64,000 nucleotides of DNA, from contig CAUWIK010000004.1 of assembly GCA_963558895.1 (NCBI GenBank), forward strand, positions 32,966-96,965, read 5' to 3'. The position numbers and the translations under genes are program-made. The notes below the pieces were generated by a model that was not told the origin of the DNA, did no database searches, and saw only the letters and a list, made by a program, of their open reading frames with translations. Positions 33,254 through 43,215 of the stretch are shown here, piece after piece. Origin of the DNA: an uncultured Chlamydiaceae bacterium. GTDB lineage: Bacteria > Chlamydiota > Chlamydiia > Chlamydiales > Chlamydiaceae. The stretch's first letter is position 1. Each line of letters opens with the position of its first letter.

Positions 33254-33679
33254 ATGCAACATGCTAGAAAAAAATTTAGATTAAGTAGAACTTCTTCGCA
33301 TAATCGATGCATGATAGCGAACATGTTAAAATCTTTAATTACTTATGAAAAAATTCAAACAACTCTTCCTAAAGCAAAGGAATTACGTCGCCATGCTGAT
33401 AAAATGGTTACTTTAGCTAAGAAAAAAACTTTAGCCAGTGATAGGCGAGTTATAGCGCGTCTTATGGTTAGGTATAATTCTTTGACTAGTAAAGAAAGAA
33501 GAGAAGTGAAATCTGGAAATATTTCTTCATATAATGATGATCGTTTAATTTTATCTAAATTACATGAATTAGCTTCTAGATTTGCAATGCGTCAAGGTGG
33601 GTATACTCGTATATTAAAGACTGAAAATAGAGTTGGCGATAATGCTCAAAAATGTATTATAGAGTTTTTATCCGAATAA
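33254..33679 (+). CDS. rplQ: 50S ribosomal protein L17
   Basis: [13 protein letters not shown]...[22 protein letters not shown] and GGYTRILK. Confidence 0.95.
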   Translation: MQHARKKFRLSRTSSHNRCMIANMLKSLITYEKIQTTLPKAKELRRHADKMVTLAKKKTLASDRRVIARLMVRYNSLTSKERREVKSGNISSYNDDRLILSKLHELASRFAMRQGGYTRILKTENRVGDNAQKCIIEFLSE

Positions 33680-33721
33680 ATATAGTTGCTAGTTTTTAGT
33701 TTCTTTATAGGAGTTAATGTT

Positions 33722-34732
33722 GTGAGAGTTGCTATTAATGGTTTTGGTCGAATAGGACGTTTAGTTTTACGTCATTTATTACGTGTAAATTCTTTTTTAG
33801 AAGTTGTCGCTATTAATGATTTAGTTCCAGGGGATAGTTTAGCTTATTTGTTTAAGCATGATTCTACTCATGGAACTTTTAATGGTTCATGTAGTTTTGA
33901 TAATGGTTATTTATTAGTTGAAGATAAGCATATTCAGCTATTATCTGAATCTTCAATAGAAAGATTACCATGGAAGGATTTAAAAATAGATTGTGTCATA
34001 GAATCAACAGGTCGTTTTACTTCCTCCGTTGATTTAGAAAAGCATTTACAAGCTGGTGCTCGTCGAGTTGTTTTAACAGCTCCTGCAAAGGATAGTAATA
34101 TTCCTACTTTTGTTATGGGAGTAAATCATAAGCAATTTGATCCTAAAACGCATTTTATTATCTCTAATGCTTCTTGTACAACTAACTGTTTAGCTCCTCT
34201 AGCTAAGATAATTTCTGATTTTTTTGGCATAGAAGAAGGATTAATGACTACTGTACATGCAGCAACAGCTACTCAAGCAGTTGTGGATTCTCCTTCACGT
34301 AAAGATTGGAGAAGTGGTAGAGGTGTTTTACAAAACATTATTCCTGCTTCCACAGGAGCCGCAAAAGCTGTAACTTTATGTTTACCTGAATTAAAGAATA
34401 AATTAACTGGAATGGCCTTTAGAGTTCCAGTAGCTAATGTTTCTGTTGTAGATTTGACTGTACGTTTGACAAAATCTGTTTCTTATGACAATTTATGCCA
34501 AGTAATCGAAAAAGCTTCTGAAACTGATTTTAAAGGAATTTTAAAATATACTGAAGAGCTATTAGTGTCTTCGGATTGTAATGGATCTACCTTTTCTTCC
34601 ATTTTCGATGCTAAGGCTGGAATAGCTTTAAATGATTATTTTTTTAAATTAATTAGTTGGTATGATAATGAAACAGGTTATTCTGCAAGAGTTGTGGATT
34701 TAGTTGAGTATGTAGCAAAACAATCAAGTTAA
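33722..34732 (+). CDS. gapA: glyceraldehyde-3-phosphate dehydrogenase
   Basis: GTG at 33722 (AGGAG 8 nt upstream) gives [13 protein letters not shown]. Active site [12 protein letters not shown]; WYDNETGYS. Confidence 0.96.
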   Translation: MRVAINGFGRIGRLVLRHLLRVNSFLEVVAINDLVPGDSLAYLFKHDSTHGTFNGSCSFDNGYLLVEDKHIQLLSESSIERLPWKDLKIDCVIESTGRFTSSVDLEKHLQAGARRVVLTAPAKDSNIPTFVMGVNHKQFDPKTHFIISNASCTTNCLAPLAKIISDFFGIEEGLMTTVHAATATQAVVDSPSRKDWRSGRGVLQNIIPASTGAAKAVTLCLPELKNKLTGMAFRVPVANVSVVDLTVRLTKSVSYDNLCQVIEKASETDFKGILKYTEELLVSSDCNGSTFSSIFDAKAGIALNDYFFKLISWYDNETGYSARVVDLVEYVAKQSS

Positions 34733-34763
34733 GTATAAATAGTCAAAATAAAGTAGGTTATTA

Positions 34764-35471
34764 GTGTATTTTACTAGAGATCCTGTAATAGAAACAATTA
34801 TTACTGCAAGAGATGGGCATAAGCTTGTTTTAAGAAACACCAAAATTGCTTCACAAGAGCCATTTATTGTTGATTCTGTAGAAGTAGTATCTTTGAGTGG
34901 CGGTTGTTTTTTTAGGAATTCTGAAAGATCTCAGTCTTTTTTTGTTCCTATTTCTGATTATGATGTTATTGAAGTGAAAGATGCTAGAACAACACTTAAA
35001 TTACCCGGAGTTGAAAAAGGAATAAAAATAGCTGGTGGTAGAGGTACTAATTTAAAATCAATAAAAGAAATAAAAAATTCTACTATTGATTCTATAGAAG
35101 AAAAAACTTCAGTAGAAGTTTCTTTACAAGATGTGGATTTAAAGGTTCTTAAAGAAGATAAAAAAGAAGAAAAAGAGAATTGGAAGAAAAATAAAAAGAG
35201 AAAGTCCAATAGGAATTCTTTGTCTTCTAATTTTTCTAAAGAAACTTCTTTTTCAGAAGATCAAGTTAGTTGTTCGGAAGATCCTTCTCATATACAAGTT
35301 AGTAATGGAGATTTAGATAATAAAGTAAAGAGATTTTCTCTTCTTCCTCCTCCTCCAATGTTAATTTCTGAAGTAATGAGTAAATTTTCGGAAGCTTCTT
35401 TAGAAAATCAATTAGAAAATCAATCAAATGATACGGCAATGGAAGATATATCTTTTGTTGTTGAAGAATAA
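34764..35471 (+). CDS. hypothetical protein with a conserved-looking N-terminal domain and a Lys/Glu-rich low-complexity C-terminal half
   Basis: 235 aa with a GTG start. Residues 1-90 look globular. Beyond them lie the KEDKKEEKENWKKNKKRKSNRN basic cluster, an LLPPPPM run and an acidic C-terminus. No family recognised. Confidence 0.6.
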   Translation: MYFTRDPVIETIITARDGHKLVLRNTKIASQEPFIVDSVEVVSLSGGCFFRNSERSQSFFVPISDYDVIEVKDARTTLKLPGVEKGIKIAGGRGTNLKSIKEIKNSTIDSIEEKTSVEVSLQDVDLKVLKEDKKEEKENWKKNKKRKSNRNSLSSNFSKETSFSEDQVSCSEDPSHIQVSNGDLDNKVKRFSLLPPPPMLISEVMSKFSEASLENQLENQSNDTAMEDISFVVEE

Positions 35472-35480
35472 TTAAACAAG

Positions 35481-35537
35481 GAAAAGACTATAAATTTTCT
35501 TGACTCTTATGTGAGAAGATCGTAGTCTTTTCTTTTT
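35481..35537 (+). terminator. long-loop hairpin plus T-run (possible terminator or tRNA-precursor element)
   Basis: GAAAAGACTA (35481-35490) pairs perfectly with TAGTCTTTTC (35523-35532) and is followed by TTTTT. The 32-nt loop is atypical for a terminator. Confidence 0.35.
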
Positions 35538-35545
35538 CATCCGTT

Positions 35546-35628
35546 GCTCGGATGGTGGAATGGTAGACACAAGGGACTTAAAATCCCTTGCTCTTATGGG
35601 CGTGCAAGTTCGAGTCTTGTTCCGAGCA
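35546..35628 (+). tRNA. tRNA-Leu (anticodon TAA), no encoded CCA
   Basis: Acceptor GCTCGGA/TCCGAGC, anticodon stem AGGGA/TCCCT with loop CTTAAAA, long variable arm, T-loop GTTCGAGT. Confidence 0.87.
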
Positions 35629-35769
35629 TATCTGTTTTATTTTTCGTTTTAAAGGTTATTTTTAGGATTATTAAGCAATGAACATTGAGTTCATATTTTT
35701 TATATTTAGTTGCTAATAATTATGAAAAATAGGAGAAAAAAAGAATAATCTTTTGGAGAAATAAAAGAC

Positions 35770-36960
35770 ATGAAACTTAATTTTAATAGATTTTTAAAAG
35801 TTATTAGATATAAGTGTTCTAAAAATTTTTTATATCAAAAAACAGAAAATTTATTTAATAATGAAGATTATTTAGATTGTTTATTATCATTTTTATATTT
35901 GGCTTTTATTACTTCTAAGTTATTAGAGAATGAAAAAAGCATGGTTCAGATGCCAATAAGTGAGTGTGTTTCTGAGACTTTTGATCAACATGATCAATTA
36001 ACAGAAGAAAATGAATCTATTAATGAATCTATTCATGAAAATTATGAATTAATTATTGAGTGTTTGGAACATGATTTAGAACAACAAAAATCTACTTATG
36101 TGTTAGAAAAAGAAAATCTTCAATTGGAAATATTGAATTTAGAAAAAAATCAATGTTATTTAAAACAGCAATTAGTAGAGCAGTTTAATCTAAATTCAGA
36201 ATATGAAAGCACTATTAGTGTTTTAAATCAGAAAATTGAATTTCAGTCAGAACAGTTGGAATTAAGTCGAAGTAACTTGAATATTATTGAAAATAAATTA
36301 AAATCTTTGGAAGAACAATTGGAAATTGTTAATATAAAATCTTTAGATCAACCTAAAAAATTAGAGGCAGATGTTATGGTTCAAGAGGATAAGATCAAAT
36401 TAGAAGATTCTTTATCTGCGTATATGGAATTAGTTGAAGAGAAAGATATGTTGTTAAACCAGGCTGCTAAAGAAATATTAGAATTGAAAAATGATCTTTA
36501 TGAGCAAAAAAAGCAATTTTCAGAGACTTCTAAGCAATATGAAGAAGAAATAGAACAACTTAGACAAGAGAATATTTATTATAAAAATTTAAAAGACGGC
36601 ATCTGTAGTTTTGAAAAAGAAGAAACATCTAAAAAAGAAGTAAGTGAGTTAAAAAATGAACTTCAAGCTGCAATGGTTCAATTAGAAGGTATTAAAGCTT
36701 CTGCAGAAATTGAAGAATCAGATGAAATTGAGACTATAAGACGACAGTTAGTTCAAAAGATAGAAGAAATAGCTATATTACAAGATGTTATTAGTCATCA
36801 GAAGAAAGAGATTTTTGAATTACGTTCTCTTTTGGTTGAAGGTTTTCAAGAGTCTGATGGAAAAGAAATGGATAGAACTTTGGAACATTTGAAAAAGAAG
36901 CTACAAGAAGCTGTAGATGAAACTACTTTGTTTTGTAATGAGACATTCCTAGAACAGTAG
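35770..36960 (+). CDS. hypothetical long coiled-coil protein (Glu/Gln/Leu/Lys-rich)
   Basis: 396-aa ORF ending 2 nt before ruvC. The N-terminal 57 aa include a hydrophobic stretch (CLLSFLYLAFITSKLL), and an alternative start exists at ATG 35941. The rest shows heptad-like periodicity. No family recognised. Confidence 0.6.
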   Translation: MKLNFNRFLKVIRYKCSKNFLYQKTENLFNNEDYLDCLLSFLYLAFITSKLLENEKSMVQMPISECVSETFDQHDQLTEENESINESIHENYELIIECLEHDLEQQKSTYVLEKENLQLEILNLEKNQCYLKQQLVEQFNLNSEYESTISVLNQKIEFQSEQLELSRSNLNIIENKLKSLEEQLEIVNIKSLDQPKKLEADVMVQEDKIKLEDSLSAYMELVEEKDMLLNQAAKEILELKNDLYEQKKQFSETSKQYEEEIEQLRQENIYYKNLKDGICSFEKEETSKKEVSELKNELQAAMVQLEGIKASAEIEESDEIETIRRQLVQKIEEIAILQDVISHQKKEIFELRSLLVEGFQESDGKEMDRTLEHLKKKLQEAVDETTLFCNETFLEQ

Positions 36961-36962
36961 TT

Positions 36963-37481
36963 ATGGAAGAATCTTTAATTTTAGGAATAGATCCTGGTAC
37001 ACAAATTACTGGTTATGGTCTAATAAAAGCAACTAAGTATAATTTTTTTACTTTGCTTCATTATGGTGTTTTCAAATTGGGTAATTCCATTTCGTTAACA
37101 GAAAAGTATAAGATTCTATTTCAAAAAACAACGTTGTTATTAAAGGATCACACTCCTTCTGCCATGATAGTAGAAACTCAATTTTTAGGAAAAAATCCAC
37201 AGAGTACAATTAAACTTAGTATGGCGAGAGGGGTTATCATTTTGGCTGCAACTTTGTTAGATATTCCAGTATTTGAGTATCCTCCTGCTAACGCTAAGGT
37301 TGCTGTTACTGGAAATGGCCAAGCAAGTAAGGAACAAGTTCAGAATATGGTAGCAAGACTTTTAAGTTCTGTTGAGTTAAAAGATTATAAATATCAAGAT
37401 GTTACTGATGCTTTAGCTTTAGCTATTTGTCATTGTTCTCTTCAAAACTTTCGTTCTTTAAATAAAAATTATAGATTATAG
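36963..37481 (+). CDS. ruvC: Holliday junction resolvase RuvC
   Basis: ILGIDPGTQITGYGLI, VETQFLGKNPQSTIKL and DVTDALALAICH. Confidence 0.94.
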   Translation: MEESLILGIDPGTQITGYGLIKATKYNFFTLLHYGVFKLGNSISLTEKYKILFQKTTLLLKDHTPSAMIVETQFLGKNPQSTIKLSMARGVIILAATLLDIPVFEYPPANAKVAVTGNGQASKEQVQNMVARLLSSVELKDYKYQDVTDALALAICHCSLQNFRSLNKNYRL

Positions 37482-38075
37482 ATGTTTGATTATTTGCAAG
37501 GTATTTTAGTTTCTTTAGAACCAAATTTTATTGTTTTAGATAATCAAGGGATAGGTTACAAGATTTTTATAACAGAAAGCTGGTTTACTGAATTAAAAGT
37601 AGTTGTCAACTCAAAAATTCAAGTTTTTGTAACTTTGGTTGTGAAAGAAATGGAGCAGGTTTTATATGGATTTAGAGATAAGGATTTGCGAAATTACTTT
37701 AATGTTTTAATTTCTATGTCGGGAATAGGACCTAAAATAGGAATGTCGATATTGTCTTTGTTTTCTTGTGTAGATATTTTAAAAGCAGTACAGCAAAAAA
37801 ATGCAGTTATTTTTTCTTCTGTGTCAGGAATAGGTAAGAAAACAGCAGAAAAATTAATTTTAGATTTAGAAGGGAAATTACCTCCAATTAGCACCGATTT
37901 TTCTTTAAAAGCTAGATGTATAAATTTTTCTTATTTTGATGATGCTATGGCTGCTTTAATTCAATTAGGTTATTCAAGGACTATTGCTGAGAAATTATTA
38001 CAAGAAGCTTTTAAAAGATTGCCCCAAGATGCAGATTTATCAATGATTTTAAAAGAAGCTTTGCGTAAATATTAG
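37482..38075 (+). CDS. ruvA: Holliday junction DNA helicase subunit RuvA
   Basis: MFDYLQGIL, HhH motifs (ISMSGIGPKIGMSIL, VSGIGKKTAEKLILDL). Abuts ruvC. Confidence 0.93.
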   Translation: MFDYLQGILVSLEPNFIVLDNQGIGYKIFITESWFTELKVVVNSKIQVFVTLVVKEMEQVLYGFRDKDLRNYFNVLISMSGIGPKIGMSILSLFSCVDILKAVQQKNAVIFSSVSGIGKKTAEKLILDLEGKLPPISTDFSLKARCINFSYFDDAMAALIQLGYSRTIAEKLLQEAFKRLPQDADLSMILKEALRKY

Positions 38076-38157
38076 ATTATCCTTTCCATGATTTATTATT
38101 TTATTTAATTTATGTTTATAGATTTATTTTTATTTTAATTAATTTTTTGAGGAGATT

Positions 38158-38592
38158 ATGACTAAAGAAAAAACTTTATCAATTATTAAACCTGATGCTG
38201 TAGCTAAACATCATATTGGACATATTATTGCTCGTTTTGAAGAAGAAGGATTAACTATTCTTGCTATTAAAATGATGCATTTAACTAAGAAAACTGCTGC
38301 AGGATTTTATGCAGTTCATAAAGAAAGACCATTTTTTGATGAATTGGTAGAGTTTATGTCTTCAGGTCCTATTGTTGTTATGGTTCTTGAAGGAGAAAAT
38401 GCTATCGCAAGAAATAGAGATATCATGGGAGCAACTAATCCTAAAGAAGCTAGTTCGGGATCTTTAAGGGCTTTATATGGTGAATCCATAGGATTTAATG
38501 CTGTTCATGGATCTGATTCTAAAGAAACGGCTAAAGAAGAAATATCTTACTTTTTCTCTGGAAAAAAATTAACTAGTTTAGATCGCAACTAA
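38158..38592 (+). CDS. ndk: nucleoside diphosphate kinase
   Basis: [10 protein letters not shown] and NAVHGSDS (catalytic His). GAGGAG ribosome binding site. Confidence 0.96.
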   Translation: MTKEKTLSIIKPDAVAKHHIGHIIARFEEEGLTILAIKMMHLTKKTAAGFYAVHKERPFFDELVEFMSSGPIVVMVLEGENAIARNRDIMGATNPKEASSGSLRALYGESIGFNAVHGSDSKETAKEEISYFFSGKKLTSLDRN

Positions 38593-38600
38593 TTATTACT

Positions 38601-39320
38601 TTATAATGATAGGAGTTGAGTAGTTTTTCTATGATCAGAATTAATTATATTTAGAATTCTTTCTGCTGGGACTTCTGTCATTTTAAATTTATTTTTTAAA
38701 TAACTCTCTAAGGAAAAAATGAAGTTTTGTTTATTATTATAAAAATTATTAAGTTTTTCTAAAAAATCATTGTGATTTCGATGTTGTCTGTAAGAAGGCT
38801 GTTGTTTTGGCAACTTCAAATAACGATTCATTAGGAAGCTATTGAAATCCCATAAAAAAGAACTATGTAGTAACCATCTGTTTTTTTGTATATATAAAGC
38901 ATTTCCACCGATTTTTTTGTTTAAGATACAATAATCATTATCTTTAAGCAAAAAATTTTTTGGAAAAACATTTTGATATAAAGATTTAGCCCAAGTTAGA
39001 ATGTTTTCTGCAAATGGAGAGATAGATAAACTAGGAACATTGTTTATAATCCAAGTAATAAATATAGTTGATTGTTCAACAAAAACAGTTCCACCTCCAG
39101 AAAATCTTTTAATAATAGGAATATTATCTTGTTTTACATGATCTATAAAAAGCAATTCTTTGGGATCTCCAGATATTCCTAAGACAATAGAGGGAGATAC
39201 ATCTGTATTTATTAAACACCAGTTTTGAGTATCATTTCTTAACAAAGCTTCTTCTAATTGTAATTGAGTAAAAATAGGAATATTTTTTAATAAAATAAAT
39301 TTACAATTGCTTATAAGCAT
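38601..39320 (-). CDS. lplA: lipoate-protein ligase A family protein
   Basis: 239 aa. [12 protein letters not shown] (RRxSGGGAV-like) and KKIGGNALY motifs. Overlaps the mnmG end. Confidence 0.8.
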   Translation of the reverse strand: MLISNCKFILLKNIPIFTQLQLEEALLRNDTQNWCLINTDVSPSIVLGISGDPKELLFIDHVKQDNIPIIKRFSGGGTVFVEQSTIFITWIINNVPSLSISPFAENILTWAKSLYQNVFPKNFLLKDNDYCILNKKIGGNALYIQKNRWLLHSSFLWDFNSFLMNRYLKLPKQQPSYRQHRNHNDFLEKLNNFYNNKQNFIFSLESYLKNKFKMTEVPAERILNIINSDHRKTTQLLSL

Positions 39321-41142
39321 GTTTTTTAAGTGCTATTATTAAAACTTGAATATCAGCGACAGCAATTCCAGGAAGTCGAGAGGCTATTCCTATTGTTGCA
39401 GGGGTAAATTTTTTAAATTTTTCTTGTGCTTCTAAACTAAGTCCTGATATTGCTGAATAATTTAAATCTTTGGGAAGGACTAAATTTTCTGCAAGGAGTT
39501 GACTTTCAATAGCTGCTTTTTGTCTTTCTAAATAACCTTCATATTTAATTTCTATTTCTATAAAGTTATTTAACTCATCTCCATAGTCAACAATGGATTC
39601 AGGAAAATTTTGTAGTAAATTTTGATAAGATATTTCAGGTCTACGCAAAAATTGAGCTAAAGATATACTATGAGAGCCTTCTTGCTTGAAGATTTTATTT
39701 AAACGTTGTTTTTCTTGTTCAATTATTTTTTTTTGTTGAACAACCAAGAGATGTTCTTGTTCGTCCTTTAAACCTAATTGATAAGCATAATGAGTAAGAC
39801 GTAATCGAGAGTTATCTTGCCTTAATAATAAACGGTACTCTGCTCTGCTGGTAAACATTCTATAAGGTTCATCTAGATGTCTTGTTGTAAGATCATCAAT
39901 CATAACTCCGATATAAGATTCATGTCTTTTTAGTATAAATTCTTTTTGTTTTCGAATTTTTAATACAGCATTTATACCAGCTATTAAACCTTGAGCTGCA
40001 GCTTCTTCGTAACCAGTAGTTCCGTTAATTTGTCCACAAAGAAACAAGTTGTTAATAATTTTTGTTTCTAAAGAAGGATAAATTTGCCCGCTACAAATGT
40101 AATCATATTCTATTGCATAAGCTGGACGACTAATAATAGCAGATTCTAAACCAGAAACAGATTGAATAAGCTCATATTGAATATCAATAGGAAGAGATGT
40201 TGACAAACCGTTTACATAAAATTCTTTAGTATGAATACCTTCTGGTTCTAGAAAAATTTGATGACGATCCTTGTCAGAAAACTTTACAATTTTATCTTCT
40301 ATAGAAGGACAATATCTTGGACCTATTCCATGGATATGACCTCCGTATAAGGCTGATTTTTCTAAGTTTTTTTCTACAATTTCTTTTGTTTTAGGTGTAG
40401 TGTAAGTAATCCAACAAGATTTTTGAGGCAGTGAAGGAATAAAATTTTTAATTCCATGCCTAAAGCAAATATCATTATCACCTGCTTGCTCTATCATTTC
40501 AGAAAAATTAATAGAGGAAGCCATTATTCTAGCCGGTGTTCCGGTTTTTAATCTATCAAGTTTAAATCCAAGTTTTTTTAATGTAGAAGAAAGTGAAAGA
40601 TCTGCAGAATCTCCTGCTCTTCCTCCAGAGTAGTGCATTTTTCCTATATGTATGCATCCTTGCATAAATGTTCCAGAAGATAGAATTACAGTTTCTCCAA
40701 GAAAACAAATTTGTTCTTTAGTAAGAACTCCAACTATAGAATCTTTTTTTATGATTAAATCCGAAACGGATGCTTGAAATAAATGTAAATTGGAAATTCC
40801 TTCAAGAGTTTTTTTCATTTCAAGATGATATAACAATTTATCTGCTTGAGCTCTTGGAGCACGAACAGCAGGACCTTTGGCATGATTTAACATACGAAAT
40901 TGAATACCTGTAGAGTCTATTATTGAAGGCATGACTCCACCTAAAGCATCTATTTCTCTTACAATGTGCCCTTTACCAATACCTCCTATAGCAGGATTGC
41001 AACTTAACTTAGCAATAGTATCTAAATTAGATGTTATCAATAAAACGGAAGCATTTAACTTGGCTGCAATAAAAGCTGCTTCGCAACCGGCATGACCAGC
41101 TCCTATAACAATTACGTCATATGTTTTAGGATAAGACCACAT
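39301..41142 (-). CDS. mnmG: tRNA uridine 5-carboxymethylaminomethyl modification enzyme MnmG (GidA)
   Basis: 613 aa. [19 protein letters not shown] site, [11 protein letters not shown] and [19 protein letters not shown]. Confidence 0.97.
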   Translation of the reverse strand: MWSYPKTYDVIVIGAGHAGCEAAFIAAKLNASVLLITSNLDTIAKLSCNPAIGGIGKGHIVREIDALGGVMPSIIDSTGIQFRMLNHAKGPAVRAPRAQADKLLYHLEMKKTLEGISNLHLFQASVSDLIIKKDSIVGVLTKEQICFLGETVILSSGTFMQGCIHIGKMHYSGGRAGDSADLSLSSTLKKLGFKLDRLKTGTPARIMASSINFSEMIEQAGDNDICFRHGIKNFIPSLPQKSCWITYTTPKTKEIVEKNLEKSALYGGHIHGIGPRYCPSIEDKIVKFSDKDRHQIFLEPEGIHTKEFYVNGLSTSLPIDIQYELIQSVSGLESAIISRPAYAIEYDYICSGQIYPSLETKIINNLFLCGQINGTTGYEEAAAQGLIAGINAVLKIRKQKEFILKRHESYIGVMIDDLTTRHLDEPYRMFTSRAEYRLLLRQDNSRLRLTHYAYQLGLKDEQEHLLVVQQKKIIEQEKQRLNKIFKQEGSHSISLAQFLRRPEISYQNLLQNFPESIVDYGDELNNFIEIEIKYEGYLERQKAAIESQLLAENLVLPKDLNYSAISGLSLEAQEKFKKFTPATIGIASRLPGIAVADIQVLIIALKKHAYKQL

Positions 41143-41174
41143 AATAAACTCACAAAATAAGATAAAGGCAAAGG

Positions 41175-41264
41175 TTATTTATTTTTATGTCTGTCTCTTC
41201 TTCGACGTTTTTTTCTTTTGTGTTTTGCTATTTTATACTGGCGTTTCTTTTTAACTGAAGACAT
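41175..41264 (-). CDS. 29-aa highly basic micro-protein, bS22/mS38 (AURKAIP1/COX24)-like
   Basis: Hand-translated and absent from the ORF track: [29 protein letters not shown], stop TAA. It matches my recollection of mycobacterial bS22 ([33 protein letters not shown]). It lies 32 nt upstream of mnmG and 103 nt downstream of dnaB on the same strand. Confidence 0.55.
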   Translation of the reverse strand: MSSVKKKRQYKIAKHKRKKRRRRDRHKNK

Positions 41265-41367
41265 ATTATTTAATTTTCCAAATTCTAAAAGGGTATACAT
41301 TAACTGGTTTATTTTAAAAAATCAAGGCTCAATTATTAGCTTTATTTTTTAAATTAAAATTTGTTTT

Positions 41368-43215
41368 TTATGTATCTACAAGAATTGGAGTATAATTGCG
41401 AAATAAGGCTAACTCTTTTTCAAAAGTTAGCATAACTGTTCCAATGGCTCCGTGTCTATTTTTCGCTACAATTAATTCGGCTAAACCTGGTTTATCATGA
41501 GGATCATAATATTCTCTTCGCAATAAGAACATGACTAAGTCAGAGTCTTGTTCAATGCTGTTGTGTACGATAATATTTTGTGCAATAAAATTGTGATTAT
41601 TAGCAACTGTAACATCGAATACTTTAGATTGACCTAAGGGAACAATAGATATAATTTTATCATAATAAATATTTGAAGATAGAGGATCTTTGACAAGAAT
41701 AGAATCACCGGATTTTAAATTGCTTAATTTTGTCCATATATTATCTCTATAAAAAGGATGATTTTCTGAAGCTTTTATGCAAAATCCACTTTCGGTATTT
41801 AATTTAAAAACCTGTTTTTCTCCGGAGTAAAAAGCTTTTGTTATAACGTCTTTTTCTAAAAGAAAAGAGTTTGTATTAAAAGATAAAATAGGCAAAGGTA
41901 AAAGACAGGGATTTTCTGTTAACTCTTTCATGGTTAATTTTTTCCCTTCTAGAGAAGTAATTATTGAATCCCCAGTTAAACACCCACTTTCTCTTAAGTC
42001 ACTCATCATAGGTCGGTGATTAGCTCGGTCTTCAACTTTTCTAGAAAGTTGAGATAAGCACAGGATAGGGATATTTAATTCTCTTGCTAAAGTCTTTAAA
42101 TCTCTAGAAATTTCGGAAATCTCATTTTGCCTACTTTCTTGAGATCGAAAAGAACCAGATCCAGAAAGTAATTGTAAATAATCAATGATTAAAAATTTAA
42201 TACCATGACTTTCTTTCATTCTTCTTGCTCTTGCTTTTAAATCTGATATTTTTATTCCAGGCTGATCATCTATAAACATTTTGTGTTTTTTCATTTCTTC
42301 AACAGCAGAAACAATTTTTTGGAAATCGTGACCAGTTAAATTTCCCAGCTGAATTTTTTGAGATTCTACCTCAGATTGAGAGCAGACTATTCTATGCAAC
42401 AACTGTTCAGCACTCATTTCTAAAGAAAAAATTCCAACAGGAACGTCATGTTTAAAACAAATATTTTCGGCGATATTAAGAGCTAATGCTGTTTTTCCCA
42501 TAGCTGGCCTCGCAGCCAAGATCATTAGATTAGAAGGCATAAAACCATTTAATAGTCGATCTACGTCTATGAAATATGTGGGTAATGCTAATAAATTAAT
42601 ATGGTTATTTTGGCCAGGAGAAGATCTAAAAGCCTCTTGTTTTTCTTGAATTTCTGTAAGAAAAGGTTTTTGAGAAGTTGTTGATATTCCTTCTAACATG
42701 TGAGAAAGAAGAACCCCTTCTCCTGAATGAGATGATTGGCTAATTTGAAAAAATAGGTTTTGAGCTTCATTTAAAACTTCTCGAAAATCAGAAGGTTCTT
42801 CTATAGCTTTTTTTTCAATAAATTGAGCTGTTTTAATCATTTTTCTTAAAATAGCTTTACTTTTTACTATTTCAGAATATTCCTCAATATAAGCGGATGT
42901 TCCTGCGAACTGAGCTAGGGTTGTTAGATAGTTAATTCCTCCAATGACTTCTAATTTATTTTGTCTTTTTAATTCTTCTGCAGTTAAGCGTACATCTATA
43001 GGACGATCTTGTTTATAAGCTAATTTTAAAACCTGAAAAATAATTTTATGTTCTAGAAAATAAAAATCTTCTTCATTTAATTTATCTGCAACTGAATTGA
43101 TGGCATTAATATTAGTTAACATGGAACCTATTACCATCATTTCAGAATCTCTTGAATGAGGAGGCAATTTGAGTGCTGAATCAGACATTTTAGATTTTTT
43201 TGTAGTTTTAACCAT
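41368..43215 (-). CDS. dnaB: replicative DNA helicase DnaB, interrupted in frame by a mini-intein
   Basis: 615 aa. N-terminal domain, Walker A (ARPAMGKTALALN), IIDYLQLL and SQLSRKVEDRANHRPMMSDLRESG. A 141-aa insert follows, then SIEQDSDLVMFLLRREYY. The two exteins sum to 474 aa. Confidence 0.96.
   Translation of the reverse strand: MVKTTKKSKMSDSALKLPPHSRDSEMMVIGSMLTNINAINSVADKLNEEDFYFLEHKIIFQVLKLAYKQDRPIDVRLTAEELKRQNKLEVIGGINYLTTLAQFAGTSAYIEEYSEIVKSKAILRKMIKTAQFIEKKAIEEPSDFREVLNEAQNLFFQISQSSHSGEGVLLSHMLEGISTTSQKPFLTEIQEKQEAFRSSPGQNNHINLLALPTYFIDVDRLLNGFMPSNLMILAARPAMGKTALALNIAENICFKHDVPVGIFSLEMSAEQLLHRIVCSQSEVESQKIQLGNLTGHDFQKIVSAVEEMKKHKMFIDDQPGIKISDLKARARRMKESHGIKFLIIDYLQLLSGSGSFRSQESRQNEISEISRDLKTLARELNIPILCLSQLSRKVEDRANHRPMMSDLRESGCLTGDSIITSLEGKKLTMKELTENPCLLPLPILSFNTNSFLLEKDVITKAFYSGEKQVFKLNTESGFCIKASENHPFYRDNIWTKLSNLKSGDSILVKDPLSSNIYYDKIISIVPLGQSKVFDVTVANNHNFIAQNIIVHNSIEQDSDLVMFLLRREYYDPHDKPGLAELIVAKNRHGAIGTVMLTFEKELALFRNYTPILVDT
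41560..41982 (-). mobile_element. mini-intein (141 aa, no homing-endonuclease domain) inside dnaB
   Basis: DnaB residues 412-552. Block A CLTGDSIIT (Cys1 codon TGT at 41982-41980, checked on the nucleotides), block B SENH, block F VFDVTVANNHNFIA, block G NIIVHN followed by the +1 Ser (AGC at 41559-41557). Same site as the Synechocystis DnaB intein (ESG/CISGDSLI ... DIIVHN/SIEQDAD, from memory). Confidence 0.9.

Noticed and set aside
32825-33262. 145-aa ORF on the minus strand
   Set aside because: It lies entirely antisense to the well-supported rpoA gene, has no recognisable motif, and has leucine/serine/phenylalanine-rich shadow-ORF composition.
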